DNA of 64,000 bases from an uncultured Bacillota bacterium. GTDB taxonomy: Bacteria > Bacillota_I > Bacilli_A > RF39 > UBA660. Under the pieces are notes generated by a model, which saw only the letters and a list, made by a program, of their open reading frames with translations, did no database searches and had not been told where the DNA came from. Of the stretch, positions 51,105 through 59,661 are shown one piece after another (position 1 is the first letter of the stretch; each line of letters starts with the position of its first letter). The position numbers and the translations under genes were made by a program. The DNA is taken from the NCBI GenBank assembly GCA_958428295.1, contig CAUAFL010000007.1, forward strand, positions 2,250 to 66,249, given 5' to 3'.

Positions 51105-51635
51105 ATGAGCCGTATTGGAAATCGTAAAATTGAAGTTCCCGCAGGAGTTACTGTCAAAGAAGAAAATGGATTAGTAACGGTAACTGGCCCCAAGGGAAGC
51201 TTGACTCAAGTAATGTTAAAAGATATCTCTATGAAACAAGAAGAGAATATTCTTACATTAGAAAGAGCTAACGAAGCAGCGAAAGCAATGCATGGAACAA
51301 TGAATGCACTTCTTCAAAATATGATCATTGGGGTAACCACTGGTTATGAGAAGACACTTGAAATTGTTGGTGTTGGGTATCGCTTTAATGTCAGTGGTAA
51401 TAAATTAGTGATCAATGCTGGATATTCTCATCCAGTCGAACTAGTTATTCCAACTGGGCTTACCGTTGAATCATCTAGCAATACAGAAATCACTATTAAA
51501 GGGATTGATAAAGTGTTAGTAGGTGAGTTTGCTGCCAACGTTAGAAAAGTTCGTAAACCAGAACCATATAAGGGTAAAGGTATCCGTTATAAGGATGAAC
51601 ATATAAGACGTAAAGAAGGAAAGAAAGCTGCTTAA
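51105..51635 (+). CDS. rplF: 50S ribosomal protein L6
   Basis: MSRIGNRKIEVPAGV...GVGYRF. Confidence 0.97.
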   Translation: MSRIGNRKIEVPAGVTVKEENGLVTVTGPKGSLTQVMLKDISMKQEENILTLERANEAAKAMHGTMNALLQNMIIGVTTGYEKTLEIVGVGYRFNVSGNKLVINAGYSHPVELVIPTGLTVESSSNTEITIKGIDKVLVGEFAANVRKVRKPEPYKGKGIRYKDEHIRRKEGKKAA

Positions 51636-51656
51636 TTGTAGGAAGGAGAAAAAAGT

Positions 51657-52019
51657 ATGATTAATAAAAAATCAAGAAATGAAATGCGTGAAGTCCGCCA
51701 TGCCCGTATTAGAAAAGAAATGCATGGAACACCGGCTATACCACGGTTAAATATCTTCCGTTCTAATACCGGAATATATGCTCAAATCATCGACGATGAA
51801 AGTGCCACAACGTTAGTTTCTGCTTCTTCCCTAGAAAAAGAGTTAGAACTTAGTAACGGTTCTAATATAGAAGCAGCGAAAAAAGTAGGTGCTAGCATTG
51901 CAAAAAAAGCTAAAGAAGCAGGTATTACCAAAGTTGTATTTGATAGAGGTGGCTACCTATATCATGGTCGTGTACAAGCACTAGCTGATGCTGCACGTGA
52001 AAATGGATTAGAGTTCTAA
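51657..52019 (+). CDS. rplR: 50S ribosomal protein L18
   Basis: RHARIRKE...[26 protein letters not shown]. Confidence 0.97.
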   Translation: MINKKSRNEMREVRHARIRKEMHGTPAIPRLNIFRSNTGIYAQIIDDESATTLVSASSLEKELELSNGSNIEAAKKVGASIAKKAKEAGITKVVFDRGGYLYHGRVQALADAARENGLEF

Positions 52020-52030
52020 GGAGGGTAAAT

Positions 52031-52540
52031 ATGCAAAAACAAACAAACGATTCCAAAGATAAACAACTAGAAGAAGTCGTTGTGCAATTAAAACCAGTTG
52101 TCAAAGTGACAAAAGGTGGTCGGCAACGTCGTTATGCAGCTGTTGTAGTAGTTGGAGACCGTAAAGGACACGTTGGTTTAGGTACCGGAAAAGCATCTGA
52201 AGTACCTGAAGCAATTAAAAAGGCCATCCAAGATGCCAACAAAAATATGATTACCATTACTCTAATGGACAATCGAACGCTTGCTCATGAAGCAACCGGA
52301 ATTAGCGGTGCTGCCAGAGTAATGTTAAAGCCAGCCAAAGAAGGTACTGGTATCATTGCCGGTGGTAGTGTTCGTGCTGTCTTAGAATTAGCTGGTATTC
52401 GTGATATTGTTTCAAAATCATTAGGTGCTAGAACCAAACTAAATATGGCTCAAGCGGCTATTAATGGTCTTAAGAGTATTAAAACACCAGAAGAAGTAGC
52501 CAAACTTCGTGGGAAGAGTGTAGAGGAGATTTTAGGATAA
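52031..52540 (+). CDS. rpsE: 30S ribosomal protein S5
   Basis: [31 protein letters not shown]. Confidence 0.97.
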   Translation: MQKQTNDSKDKQLEEVVVQLKPVVKVTKGGRQRRYAAVVVVGDRKGHVGLGTGKASEVPEAIKKAIQDANKNMITITLMDNRTLAHEATGISGAARVMLKPAKEGTGIIAGGSVRAVLELAGIRDIVSKSLGARTKLNMAQAAINGLKSIKTPEEVAKLRGKSVEEILG

Positions 52541-52983
52541 TGAAGTTACATGAATTACAAAAAAATCCTGGTGCTACAACAAGAAAAAAAATCGTTGGCC
52601 GCGGTTCTGGTAGTGGTCTTGGGAAAACATCAGGACGTGGTCAAAAAGGGCAAAATGCTCGTAGTGGCGGCGGTGTAAATCCTGTCTTTGAAGGAGGACA
52701 ATTGCCTTTATATCGTCGACTACCAAAACGTGGTTTTTCAAACCATATGTTCAAGAAAGAATATGCGGTTATCAATGTTTCTGATTTGAATGTTTTTGAT
52801 GAGGGAACCGTTGTAACACCGGCTTTATTGAAAGAAATAGGGCTAGTTAAAAAACAGCTAGCTGGAATAAAAGTACTAGGAGAAGGAACATTAGATAAAA
52901 AATTAACTATTCAAGCACATAAATTTTCTAAAAGTGCATTAGTAAAAATAGGTGAATCAGGAAGTAAAGCCGAGGTGATCTAA
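52540..52983 (+). CDS. rplO: 50S ribosomal protein L15
   Basis: [12 protein letters not shown]...[19 protein letters not shown]. The start overlaps the rpsE stop by 1 nt, so no rpmD lies between them. Confidence 0.97.
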   Translation: MKLHELQKNPGATTRKKIVGRGSGSGLGKTSGRGQKGQNARSGGGVNPVFEGGQLPLYRRLPKRGFSNHMFKKEYAVINVSDLNVFDEGTVVTPALLKEIGLVKKQLAGIKVLGEGTLDKKLTIQAHKFSKSALVKIGESGSKAEVI

Positions 52984-52984
52984 G

Positions 52985-54253
52985 ATGTTTGCTACCTTGA
53001 AGCAAATTTTCAAACCAACCAATAAAGACTTGCAGAAACGCTTAGGCTTCACCTTAGTTGTTCTAGCGATCTTTATTATTGGAACGACAATTCAGGTTCC
53101 AGGAACCAGTAGTATTACTAAGAATTTAGGATTTCTAGAATTAATTAACTCTATGGGAGGAGGAGCCTTAAAAAACTTTTCCATTTTCTCTCTAGGGGTT
53201 ATGCCTTATATTACCGCAACGATTTTAATGCAACTATTGCAAGAGGTAATTCCTTACTTTCAAGATCTTAATAAACAAGGTCCCGTAGGACGGCAAAAGA
53301 TCAATCAAATTTCTAGATATGTGGGAATTATTTTTGCTTTCATTCAGGGGTATGCCTTTTCCTTTATGTTTTTAGGACAAAGTGCTAGCCCAGCGGACTA
53401 TTTATATGTTTCGACAATTTTAACAGCAGGTACTGCTTTGTTATTATGGCTCGGTGACCAAATTACTCAAAAGGGTCTTGGTAACGGTCTAAGTCTAATT
53501 ATTATGGCAGGAATTATTGCTACATTACCACAAATGTTTATTGATGCCTTTACGGGGTTAGTAGTATTTGATGGTACGGCTCAAATGATTGCATTTGGCA
53601 TTGTTAAATTTATTCTATTTGTCATTGTCTATTTCGCCATTATTATTGGAGTTATCTTTGTGCAGGAGGCAGAGCGAAAAGTACCAATTCAATATGCCAA
53701 TAAATCGGGTAATCTTGGAACAGATACTTCCTCTTTCGTCCCAATCAAAGTAAATACAGCCAATGTAGTGCCGGTTATCTTTGCCTCTAGCCTAATGGCT
53801 ATTCCGGGGATTATTGCCCAATTAGTTAATCAAGAGGGTTTTAATCTATTTGTTCAAAAATATTTAACATATACAACACCCGTAGGATTTGTGATTTATG
53901 TAATTTTTATTTTCCTATTTGGTTTTGTTTATACTTATATGATTTTTAAACCAGAAGAATTTGCTCAAAATTTAGCTAAAAATGGAGGCTATATTCCAGG
54001 TGTTCGGCCGGGAGAAGAGACTAAAAAATATTTAGGAAAAGTCCTAACACGTGTAACCTGCTTAGGTTCTATTTTCTTAACAGTTATTGTAGCTCTACCA
54101 ATTATTTTTTCCAATATTACGAGTTTACCAACGAGTGTTAGTATTGGTGGAACGGGGCTATTAATTGTTGTAGGAGTGGCACTAGAAACCTATAAACAAA
54201 TTGAAGGAAGTTTGCTTTCTAGAAATTACAAGAAAGGCTATAAACGAAGATGA
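52985..54253 (+). CDS. secY: Preprotein translocase subunit SecY
   Basis: 10-TM protein with GVMPYITATILMQLL and GGYIPGVRPG motifs. Confidence 0.97.
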   Translation: MFATLKQIFKPTNKDLQKRLGFTLVVLAIFIIGTTIQVPGTSSITKNLGFLELINSMGGGALKNFSIFSLGVMPYITATILMQLLQEVIPYFQDLNKQGPVGRQKINQISRYVGIIFAFIQGYAFSFMFLGQSASPADYLYVSTILTAGTALLLWLGDQITQKGLGNGLSLIIMAGIIATLPQMFIDAFTGLVVFDGTAQMIAFGIVKFILFVIVYFAIIIGVIFVQEAERKVPIQYANKSGNLGTDTSSFVPIKVNTANVVPVIFASSLMAIPGIIAQLVNQEGFNLFVQKYLTYTTPVGFVIYVIFIFLFGFVYTYMIFKPEEFAQNLAKNGGYIPGVRPGEETKKYLGKVLTRVTCLGSIFLTVIVALPIIFSNITSLPTSVSIGGTGLLIVVGVALETYKQIEGSLLSRNYKKGYKRR

Positions 54254-54921
54254 AAAACATTTTATTTATAGCACCACCGGCCGCCGGAAAAGGAACGCAA
54301 AGTGAATTAATCGAAAAGAAATATCACTTGCCTCATATTTCTACGGGCGATATTTTAAGAGAAGCTAGTCTATTAGATAATGAACTAGGAAGTTATATTA
54401 GAGAGGTTTTATCCAGTGGCGGACTAGTCAAGGATGAAATTACTTATCAACTAATAGAAGAAAGACTTAGTCAATCAGATTGTCAAAATGGGTATATTTT
54501 AGATGGGTTTCCAAGAAATGTGGAACAGGCAAAAAAATACGATGAAATATTAACTAATTTAAAACAACAATTAGGCTTTGTCTTTTCTTTAGAAATTGAT
54601 GAAAAAGTGTTAGAAAAAAGAATTACTGGTCGTCGTATTTGTGAGCAGTGTAATGCAGTTTATAATCTGAACAGCAAGAATGAACAGCCTCAAATAGAAT
54701 CAACTTGTAATAAATGTAGTGGAAGACTTTATCAAAGAAATGATGATAACATTACTTCTTTTCAAAACCGTTATCAGTTGTATTTGGAAAAAACAGCACC
54801 TTTACTTGACTATTATAGGCAAAAAGGTGTATTATATGTTATCAATGGTGAAGGTTCAAAAGAGGAAATTCATGATCGAATTGTTCAAGTATTAACAGAA
54901 AGGGCCAAAGGTGGAGAATGA
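54250..54921 (+). CDS. adk: Adenylate kinase (Zn-lid type)
   Basis: P-loop APPAAGKGTQ, and a lid with CEQC...CNKC. Confidence 0.96.
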   Translation: MKNILFIAPPAAGKGTQSELIEKKYHLPHISTGDILREASLLDNELGSYIREVLSSGGLVKDEITYQLIEERLSQSDCQNGYILDGFPRNVEQAKKYDEILTNLKQQLGFVFSLEIDEKVLEKRITGRRICEQCNAVYNLNSKNEQPQIESTCNKCSGRLYQRNDDNITSFQNRYQLYLEKTAPLLDYYRQKGVLYVINGEGSKEEIHDRIVQVLTERAKGGE

Positions 54922-55664
54922 TTAGTATCAAAAGTAAACGCGAAATAGAGTTATTAAAAAAAGCGGGTACCATTGTCTATCAGACTCATCAATACCTCCG
55001 CCCCTTTCTTCGCCCAGGGATCAAAACTTGTGAACTTGACCGTTTAGCCGAAGACTTCATTAGAGCGCATGGTGCAACCCCATCCTTTAAGGGGTACGAA
55101 GGTTTTCCTAGTGCTCTTTGCATTAGCATTAACGAAGAAGTAGTACATGGCTTTCCTAGTGATAGACTGCTTGAAGAAGGTGATATTATTTCTATTGATA
55201 TCGGAGCTTGTTATAAAGGATATCATGGTGATTCTGCTTGGACATATCCAGTAGGTAAGATAAGTCCTGAAAATTCTTATTTATTAGAACATACCGAAAA
55301 AGCTTTATGGGAAGGCATCAAACAAGTAAAACCAGGCAATCAAATAGGGGATATTGGTTATGCAATTGAACAATATGCTATCAAGCATCAACTAGGGGTT
55401 GTCAAAGAATTAGTTGGTCATGGTGTAGGAACCGATGTTCACGAAGCACCGGATGTTCCTAATTATGGAAAACAAGGAACTGGGCCCAAACTAAAAGAGG
55501 GAATGGTCATTGCAATTGAACCAATGCTAACCTTAGGAAGTCCAGAAATATTTATGGATGATAATGACTGGACCATCATTACCGATGATATGTCTTGTTC
55601 AGCACATTTTGAACATACCGTCGTCGTAACCAGTGATGGTGTTGAAATATTAACAGGAGAGTGA
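54918..55664 (+). CDS. map: Methionine aminopeptidase type I
   Basis: VVHGFP, DIGA..GYHGD, GHGVG and EHTV motifs. Confidence 0.96.
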   Translation: MISIKSKREIELLKKAGTIVYQTHQYLRPFLRPGIKTCELDRLAEDFIRAHGATPSFKGYEGFPSALCISINEEVVHGFPSDRLLEEGDIISIDIGACYKGYHGDSAWTYPVGKISPENSYLLEHTEKALWEGIKQVKPGNQIGDIGYAIEQYAIKHQLGVVKELVGHGVGTDVHEAPDVPNYGKQGTGPKLKEGMVIAIEPMLTLGSPEIFMDDNDWTIITDDMSCSAHFEHTVVVTSDGVEILTGE

Positions 55665-55668
55665 AAAG

Positions 55669-55884
55669 ATGGCGAAAGATGATGTGATTGAAGTAGATGG
55701 CAAAGTTTTAGAAATTATACCAGGTGGTAAATTTAAGGTCCAATTAGAAAATGGACACATTGTGGAAGCTCACGTTTCTGGTAAAATACGAATGAATTAC
55801 ATTCGCATCTTACCGGGGGATACCGTAATGATTGAATTATCACCTTATGACTTAACACGTGGGCGTATTACCTATCGTAAATAA
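55669..55884 (+). CDS. infA: Translation initiation factor IF-1
   Basis: [15 protein letters not shown]...[17 protein letters not shown]. Confidence 0.97.
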   Translation: MAKDDVIEVDGKVLEIIPGGKFKVQLENGHIVEAHVSGKIRMNYIRILPGDTVMIELSPYDLTRGRITYRK

Positions 55885-55899
55885 TAGGAGGGAATTATA

Positions 55900-56013
55900 A
55901 TGAAAGTACAAGCATCAGTAAAACCGATTTGCCCAAAATGTAAAATTGTAAGAAGAAAAGGCAAAATCAGAGTAATTTGTGAAAATCCAAAACACAAGCA
56001 AAGACAAGGTTAA
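55900..56013 (+). CDS. rpmJ: 50S ribosomal protein L36
   Basis: Not in the ORF track (37 aa). Translated by hand as [37 protein letters not shown], with an AGGAGG RBS. Confidence 0.93.
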   Translation: MKVQASVKPICPKCKIVRRKGKIRVICENPKHKQRQG

Positions 56014-56030
56014 TAAGAGGAGGTTATTAT

Positions 56031-56399
56031 ATGGCACGTATTAAAGGTGTAGATATTCCAAATGATAAGCATATCGTCATTTCACTTACTTATATCTATG
56101 GAATTGGAAAAAGTTTAGCAGAAACAATCTGTCAAAATGCAAAAGTAGAGCCTACAAAAAAAGCAGGAGACTTAACACAAGAAGAATTAATTACTCTTCG
56201 GGATGAAATTAATAAGCATCTAACTGAAGGAGACTTACGCCGCGAAGTTAGTATGAATATTAAAACGAAAATGGAAATTAACTCTTATCAAGGAAGTCGT
56301 CATAAAAAGGGCTTACCAGTAAGAGGTCAACGAACAAGTCGCAATGCCAGAACCCGTAAAGGTAGAGGTAAGATTGTCGCTAATAAGAAGAAAGTTTAG
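56031..56399 (+). CDS. rpsM: 30S ribosomal protein S13
   Basis: [26 protein letters not shown]. Confidence 0.97.
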   Translation: MARIKGVDIPNDKHIVISLTYIYGIGKSLAETICQNAKVEPTKKAGDLTQEELITLRDEINKHLTEGDLRREVSMNIKTKMEINSYQGSRHKKGLPVRGQRTSRNARTRKGRGKIVANKKKV

Positions 56400-56416
56400 T
56401 AAGGAGGGTGTGAAAA

Positions 56417-56800
56417 ATGGCTTATAAAACGCGAAAGAAAAAAGTAAAGAAAAATATTCCTGAAGGAATTGTACATATTCAGTCAACCTTCAATAACACA
56501 ATTATTACCGTGACTGATAAAGAAGGAAATACAATTAGTTGGTCTGCTAGTGGAGCTTTAGGATTTAAAGGAAGTAAAAAATCAACTCCATTTGCTGCTG
56601 GCATGGCTTCAGAACAAGCAGCCAAAGCCGCTTATGACTTAGGAATGAGAAAAGTAGAAGTCGTTGTCAAAGGGCTAGGACCTGGTCGTGAAACAGCAAT
56701 ACGTTCTCTTCAAACGGCTGGTCTTGAAGTAACTACCATTACCGATGTAACACCAATTCCACATAACGGATGTCGTCCACCAAAACGACCACGTGGATAA
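56417..56800 (+). CDS. rpsK: 30S ribosomal protein S11
   Basis: [20 protein letters not shown]...[16 protein letters not shown]. Confidence 0.97.
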   Translation: MAYKTRKKKVKKNIPEGIVHIQSTFNNTIITVTDKEGNTISWSASGALGFKGSKKSTPFAAGMASEQAAKAAYDLGMRKVEVVVKGLGPGRETAIRSLQTAGLEVTTITDVTPIPHNGCRPPKRPRG

Positions 56801-56819
56801 TTAAAGGGAGGTTAGTAAT

Positions 56820-57770
56820 TTGTTAGAATTTGAAAAACCAGTTTATAAAATTACCGATTATGTAGAAAATAATTTTTACGGAAAGTTTGAACTTGAACCA
56901 CTAGAAAGAGGTTTTGGTACTACTTTAGGAAACGCACTACGACGAGTTATGTTATCATCTCTTCCAGGCAGTGCGATCAGTGCTGTTAGAATTGAAGGAG
57001 TACTTCATGAATTTCAAACATTGGAAGGTGTCTTAGAGGATGTTACTACCATTATTCTTAATCTAAAAGGTGTAGTACTTAAGAATCATGGTGGTGATAA
57101 TAAAGTCATTCACATAAATATCACCGAAGAAGGGCCTGTTACTGCTGGTGATATTACCGCTGATGCTGATATTGAAATTATCAATAAGGATCATGTGATT
57201 GCCAATATTGCCAAGGGTGGTAAACTTGTCATGGACATGATGGTAACCAATGGTCGCGGTTATGTGAAAAGCGAAGATTCTAGATTGAAAAATAATAATA
57301 AATGTCATGGTTATATCATTATGGATTCAATTTACTCTCCAATTGAACGAGTTTCTTTTGAAGTAGAAAGTGCTCGTGTTGGCCAAGATGAAAGTTATGA
57401 TAAACTAATGATAGAAACCTGGACGAATGGTTCTATTAAACCTGAAGAGGCGATTGCTTTAGCTGCTAAAATCTTAATCGAACACTTCAATATTGTCACC
57501 AATTTAAGTGATATTGCTGATATGAGTGGCATGATGATTGAAAAAACAGAAGATCCCAAAACCAAAGCGTTAGAAACATCAATTGAGGATTTAGATTTTT
57601 CAGTAAGAGCTTATAATTGTTTGAAAAGAGCAGGTGTTCATACATTACAAGATTTAGTAAACAAAAGTGAAAATGATATGATGAAAATCCGTAATTTAGG
57701 AAAAAAATCATTGAAAGAAGTACTTGATAAAATTAAAGAATTAGGACTAGACCTAAGAGAAGATGATTAG
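56820..57770 (+). CDS. rpoA: DNA-directed RNA polymerase subunit alpha
   Basis: TTG start after a GGGAGG RBS. LEFEKP...LERGFGTTLGNALRRVMLSSLPG, and a C-terminal domain with SVRAYNCLKRAG. Confidence 0.96.
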   Translation: MLEFEKPVYKITDYVENNFYGKFELEPLERGFGTTLGNALRRVMLSSLPGSAISAVRIEGVLHEFQTLEGVLEDVTTIILNLKGVVLKNHGGDNKVIHINITEEGPVTAGDITADADIEIINKDHVIANIAKGGKLVMDMMVTNGRGYVKSEDSRLKNNNKCHGYIIMDSIYSPIERVSFEVESARVGQDESYDKLMIETWTNGSIKPEEAIALAAKILIEHFNIVTNLSDIADMSGMMIEKTEDPKTKALETSIEDLDFSVRAYNCLKRAGVHTLQDLVNKSENDMMKIRNLGKKSLKEVLDKIKELGLDLREDD

Positions 57771-57785
57771 AAGGAGGCTAGGAAA

Positions 57786-58136
57786 ATGGCATACAGAAAA
57801 CTAGGTGTTGATAATAAACATAGAAGAAGTCTATTAGCAACCCAAGCAAAACAAGTAATTATGAACGGACAAATTACTACTACGGTGACAAGAGCCAAAG
57901 AAGTTCGTAAAGCAGTAGAAAAATTAATTACTTATGGTAAGAAGGGAAGTCTTGGAGACCGTCGTAGAGCTCTTGCTTTCGTTCACAATGACAAAGAAGT
58001 AGTTAATAAAATCTTTAATGAACTAGCTCCTCGTTATGCAAATCGTAATGGTGGCTACACACAAATCCTAAAATTACAAGAACGTCGTGGTGATAATGCA
58101 CCAATGGCCATCTTAAAATTGATTGAAGAAGCGTAA
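57786..58136 (+). CDS. rplQ: 50S ribosomal protein L17
   Basis: MAYRKLGVDNKHRRSLL...NGGYTQILKL. Confidence 0.96.
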   Translation: MAYRKLGVDNKHRRSLLATQAKQVIMNGQITTTVTRAKEVRKAVEKLITYGKKGSLGDRRRALAFVHNDKEVVNKIFNELAPRYANRNGGYTQILKLQERRGDNAPMAILKLIEEA

Positions 58137-58209
58137 GGCTTTCTTTTTTTGGTTAATAAACCAGTTGTCAAAAATATAGATATACATTATAATTACCTCA
58201 AGAGAGGTA

Positions 58210-59034
58210 ATGAGTGTGAAAAAGTATGATTATGAATCACTATCAACGAATGAACAACTTATTTATAGCCTAGAAAAGGCTCGAGAATGTTTGCAAGATG
58301 GCCGAATTAATTTAGCTTTTAAAATTTTACAAGATGTTTCTTTAGACTTAGAAACTAATAATAACTTATTATTAGAACTATCACAAACTTTACTTGCATC
58401 CAAGCAATTGGAATTAGCAATTACTTTATTGGAAAAGGGGAATCTTCAGAATATAAAGGTCTTCAGTAGTCTTTGTATCCTATATGTACGTTTAAAACAA
58501 GAACATAAACTATATAAACTCTACAACAATATCGAACCTAAAAACTTTTATCCACAAGATGGGAAACGATATTATAATGAAGTTAAAAATTATTTAGCTA
58601 AAACCCATTCTGATATTGTGGCTTTTCCTCACAATTACTATGAACAAATGCTTGCTAATTATCGTGAAAGTGCCGCACTTAATCATATTAAAGAGCGGCA
58701 TGCGAAAGATAATGGCAACTTTCGAAAGAAGAATACGAGTTGTTTTGTAGCTAATATTGATATAGAAGGAACCTTCTATTATTTGAAAAAAACAATTAAA
58801 GCAGGCAGTGATCAGACGATTTGTCATGAACATTTTTCAGATACTTATATTTATGAAAGCTTAGATTGCGGGTTAAATCATAATTATAAAAAATGTGATT
58901 ATTTAAAAGTAGTGACCTTACCTAATACAAATAAAATAGTAACCATGTTTCCTCTAGATGAGGGGCATGTTGACTCTTCTTCCAAAGTCAAACTTTCAAT
59001 AAAAAGAAAAGGCAACTATTTGCACAACCGTTAA
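58210..59034 (+). CDS. Hypothetical protein (274 aa): helical repeat N-terminal half, Cys/His-containing C-terminal half
   Basis: Long ORF with an RBS (AGAGAGG). The N-terminal half looks TPR-like and helical. The C-terminal half contains NHIKERHAKD. No confident family assignment. Confidence 0.5.
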   Translation: MSVKKYDYESLSTNEQLIYSLEKARECLQDGRINLAFKILQDVSLDLETNNNLLLELSQTLLASKQLELAITLLEKGNLQNIKVFSSLCILYVRLKQEHKLYKLYNNIEPKNFYPQDGKRYYNEVKNYLAKTHSDIVAFPHNYYEQMLANYRESAALNHIKERHAKDNGNFRKKNTSCFVANIDIEGTFYYLKKTIKAGSDQTICHEHFSDTYIYESLDCGLNHNYKKCDYLKVVTLPNTNKIVTMFPLDEGHVDSSSKVKLSIKRKGNYLHNR

Positions 59035-59050
59035 GAAAATAGTTGCCTTT
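59010..59050 (+). terminator. Possible terminator overlapping the stop of the 274-aa ORF
   Basis: GGCAACTAT...(19-nt loop)...ATAGTTGCC followed by TTTT. The large loop lowers confidence. Confidence 0.4.
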
Positions 59051-59071
59051 TCCTTAAAAGTTGCGTATAAT
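59043..59071 (+). promoter_or_regulatory. Promoter of the T-box/leuS unit
   Basis: TTGCCT, 17 nt, then TATAAT. Confidence 0.6.
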
Positions 59072-59077
59072 AAAACT

Positions 59078-59290
59078 AGTTTTAAATGCTGTTATAGTAG
59101 TAAAAAAGAATGCCTTTTAAGAGAGTTTGTGGTCGGTGCGAGCAAATATAGCTTCTTTTTGAACTTAATAACAAGAAAGCATTTACGGAAAAGCATCCGT
59201 TATCATCAATAAAAGCTGCATAGCACTGCTATGAAGTAAGGTGGTACCGCGAATCGCTAAATTCGTCCTTATGGAGAATTTAGTTTTTTT
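59078..59290 (+). promoter_or_regulatory. T-box riboswitch (leader), Leu specifier
   Basis: Stem I elements AGAGAG...GGTCGGTGCGAGC. Specifier-loop GAA-CTT-A with CTT (Leu) at 59164..59166. T-box sequence AAGGTGGTACCGCG at about 59238..59251. Terminator CTAAATTC...GAATTTAG plus T7 at 59257..59290. Confidence 0.85.
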
Positions 59291-59304
59291 ATGGAGGAGA
59301 GTTT

Positions 59305-59661
59305 ATGGAAACACAAATATTCGTCTTTATTTTAACATTTTTGTTTGTTTTTTTAATCTATGAAATCTTTTTAGTTAGGAAATGTAAAAAGGATAAAAAA
59401 CGAAAGAAACCAATAGAAGTTCAATATCTTATTAACCGTTATCATCTATCCTTACAGCATCTTAATTATAAACAATTATTAAACGTAGTAAGTATTGTTA
59501 GTGCCTTTGACATTGCTCTAGTGGTAACAGCTATTTCTATTCTAAAAAATTTCTATTTGCAATTAGCAGTAGGCTTTGTCTTAATTTTTGCACTTATCTT
59601 AGTAAGTTATGCAATCGTAGGTCATATTTATCAACAGAAAGGACGGAAAAAAAATGTATAA
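59305..59661 (+). CDS. Small polytopic membrane protein (118 aa), first gene of the T-box-controlled operon
   Basis: GGAGGAG RBS and three predicted TM helices with a KKDKKRKK loop. The 3' end overlaps the leuS start by 8 nt. Confidence 0.6.
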   Translation: METQIFVFILTFLFVFLIYEIFLVRKCKKDKKRKKPIEVQYLINRYHLSLQHLNYKQLLNVVSIVSAFDIALVVTAISILKNFYLQLAVGFVLIFALILVSYAIVGHIYQQKGRKKNV

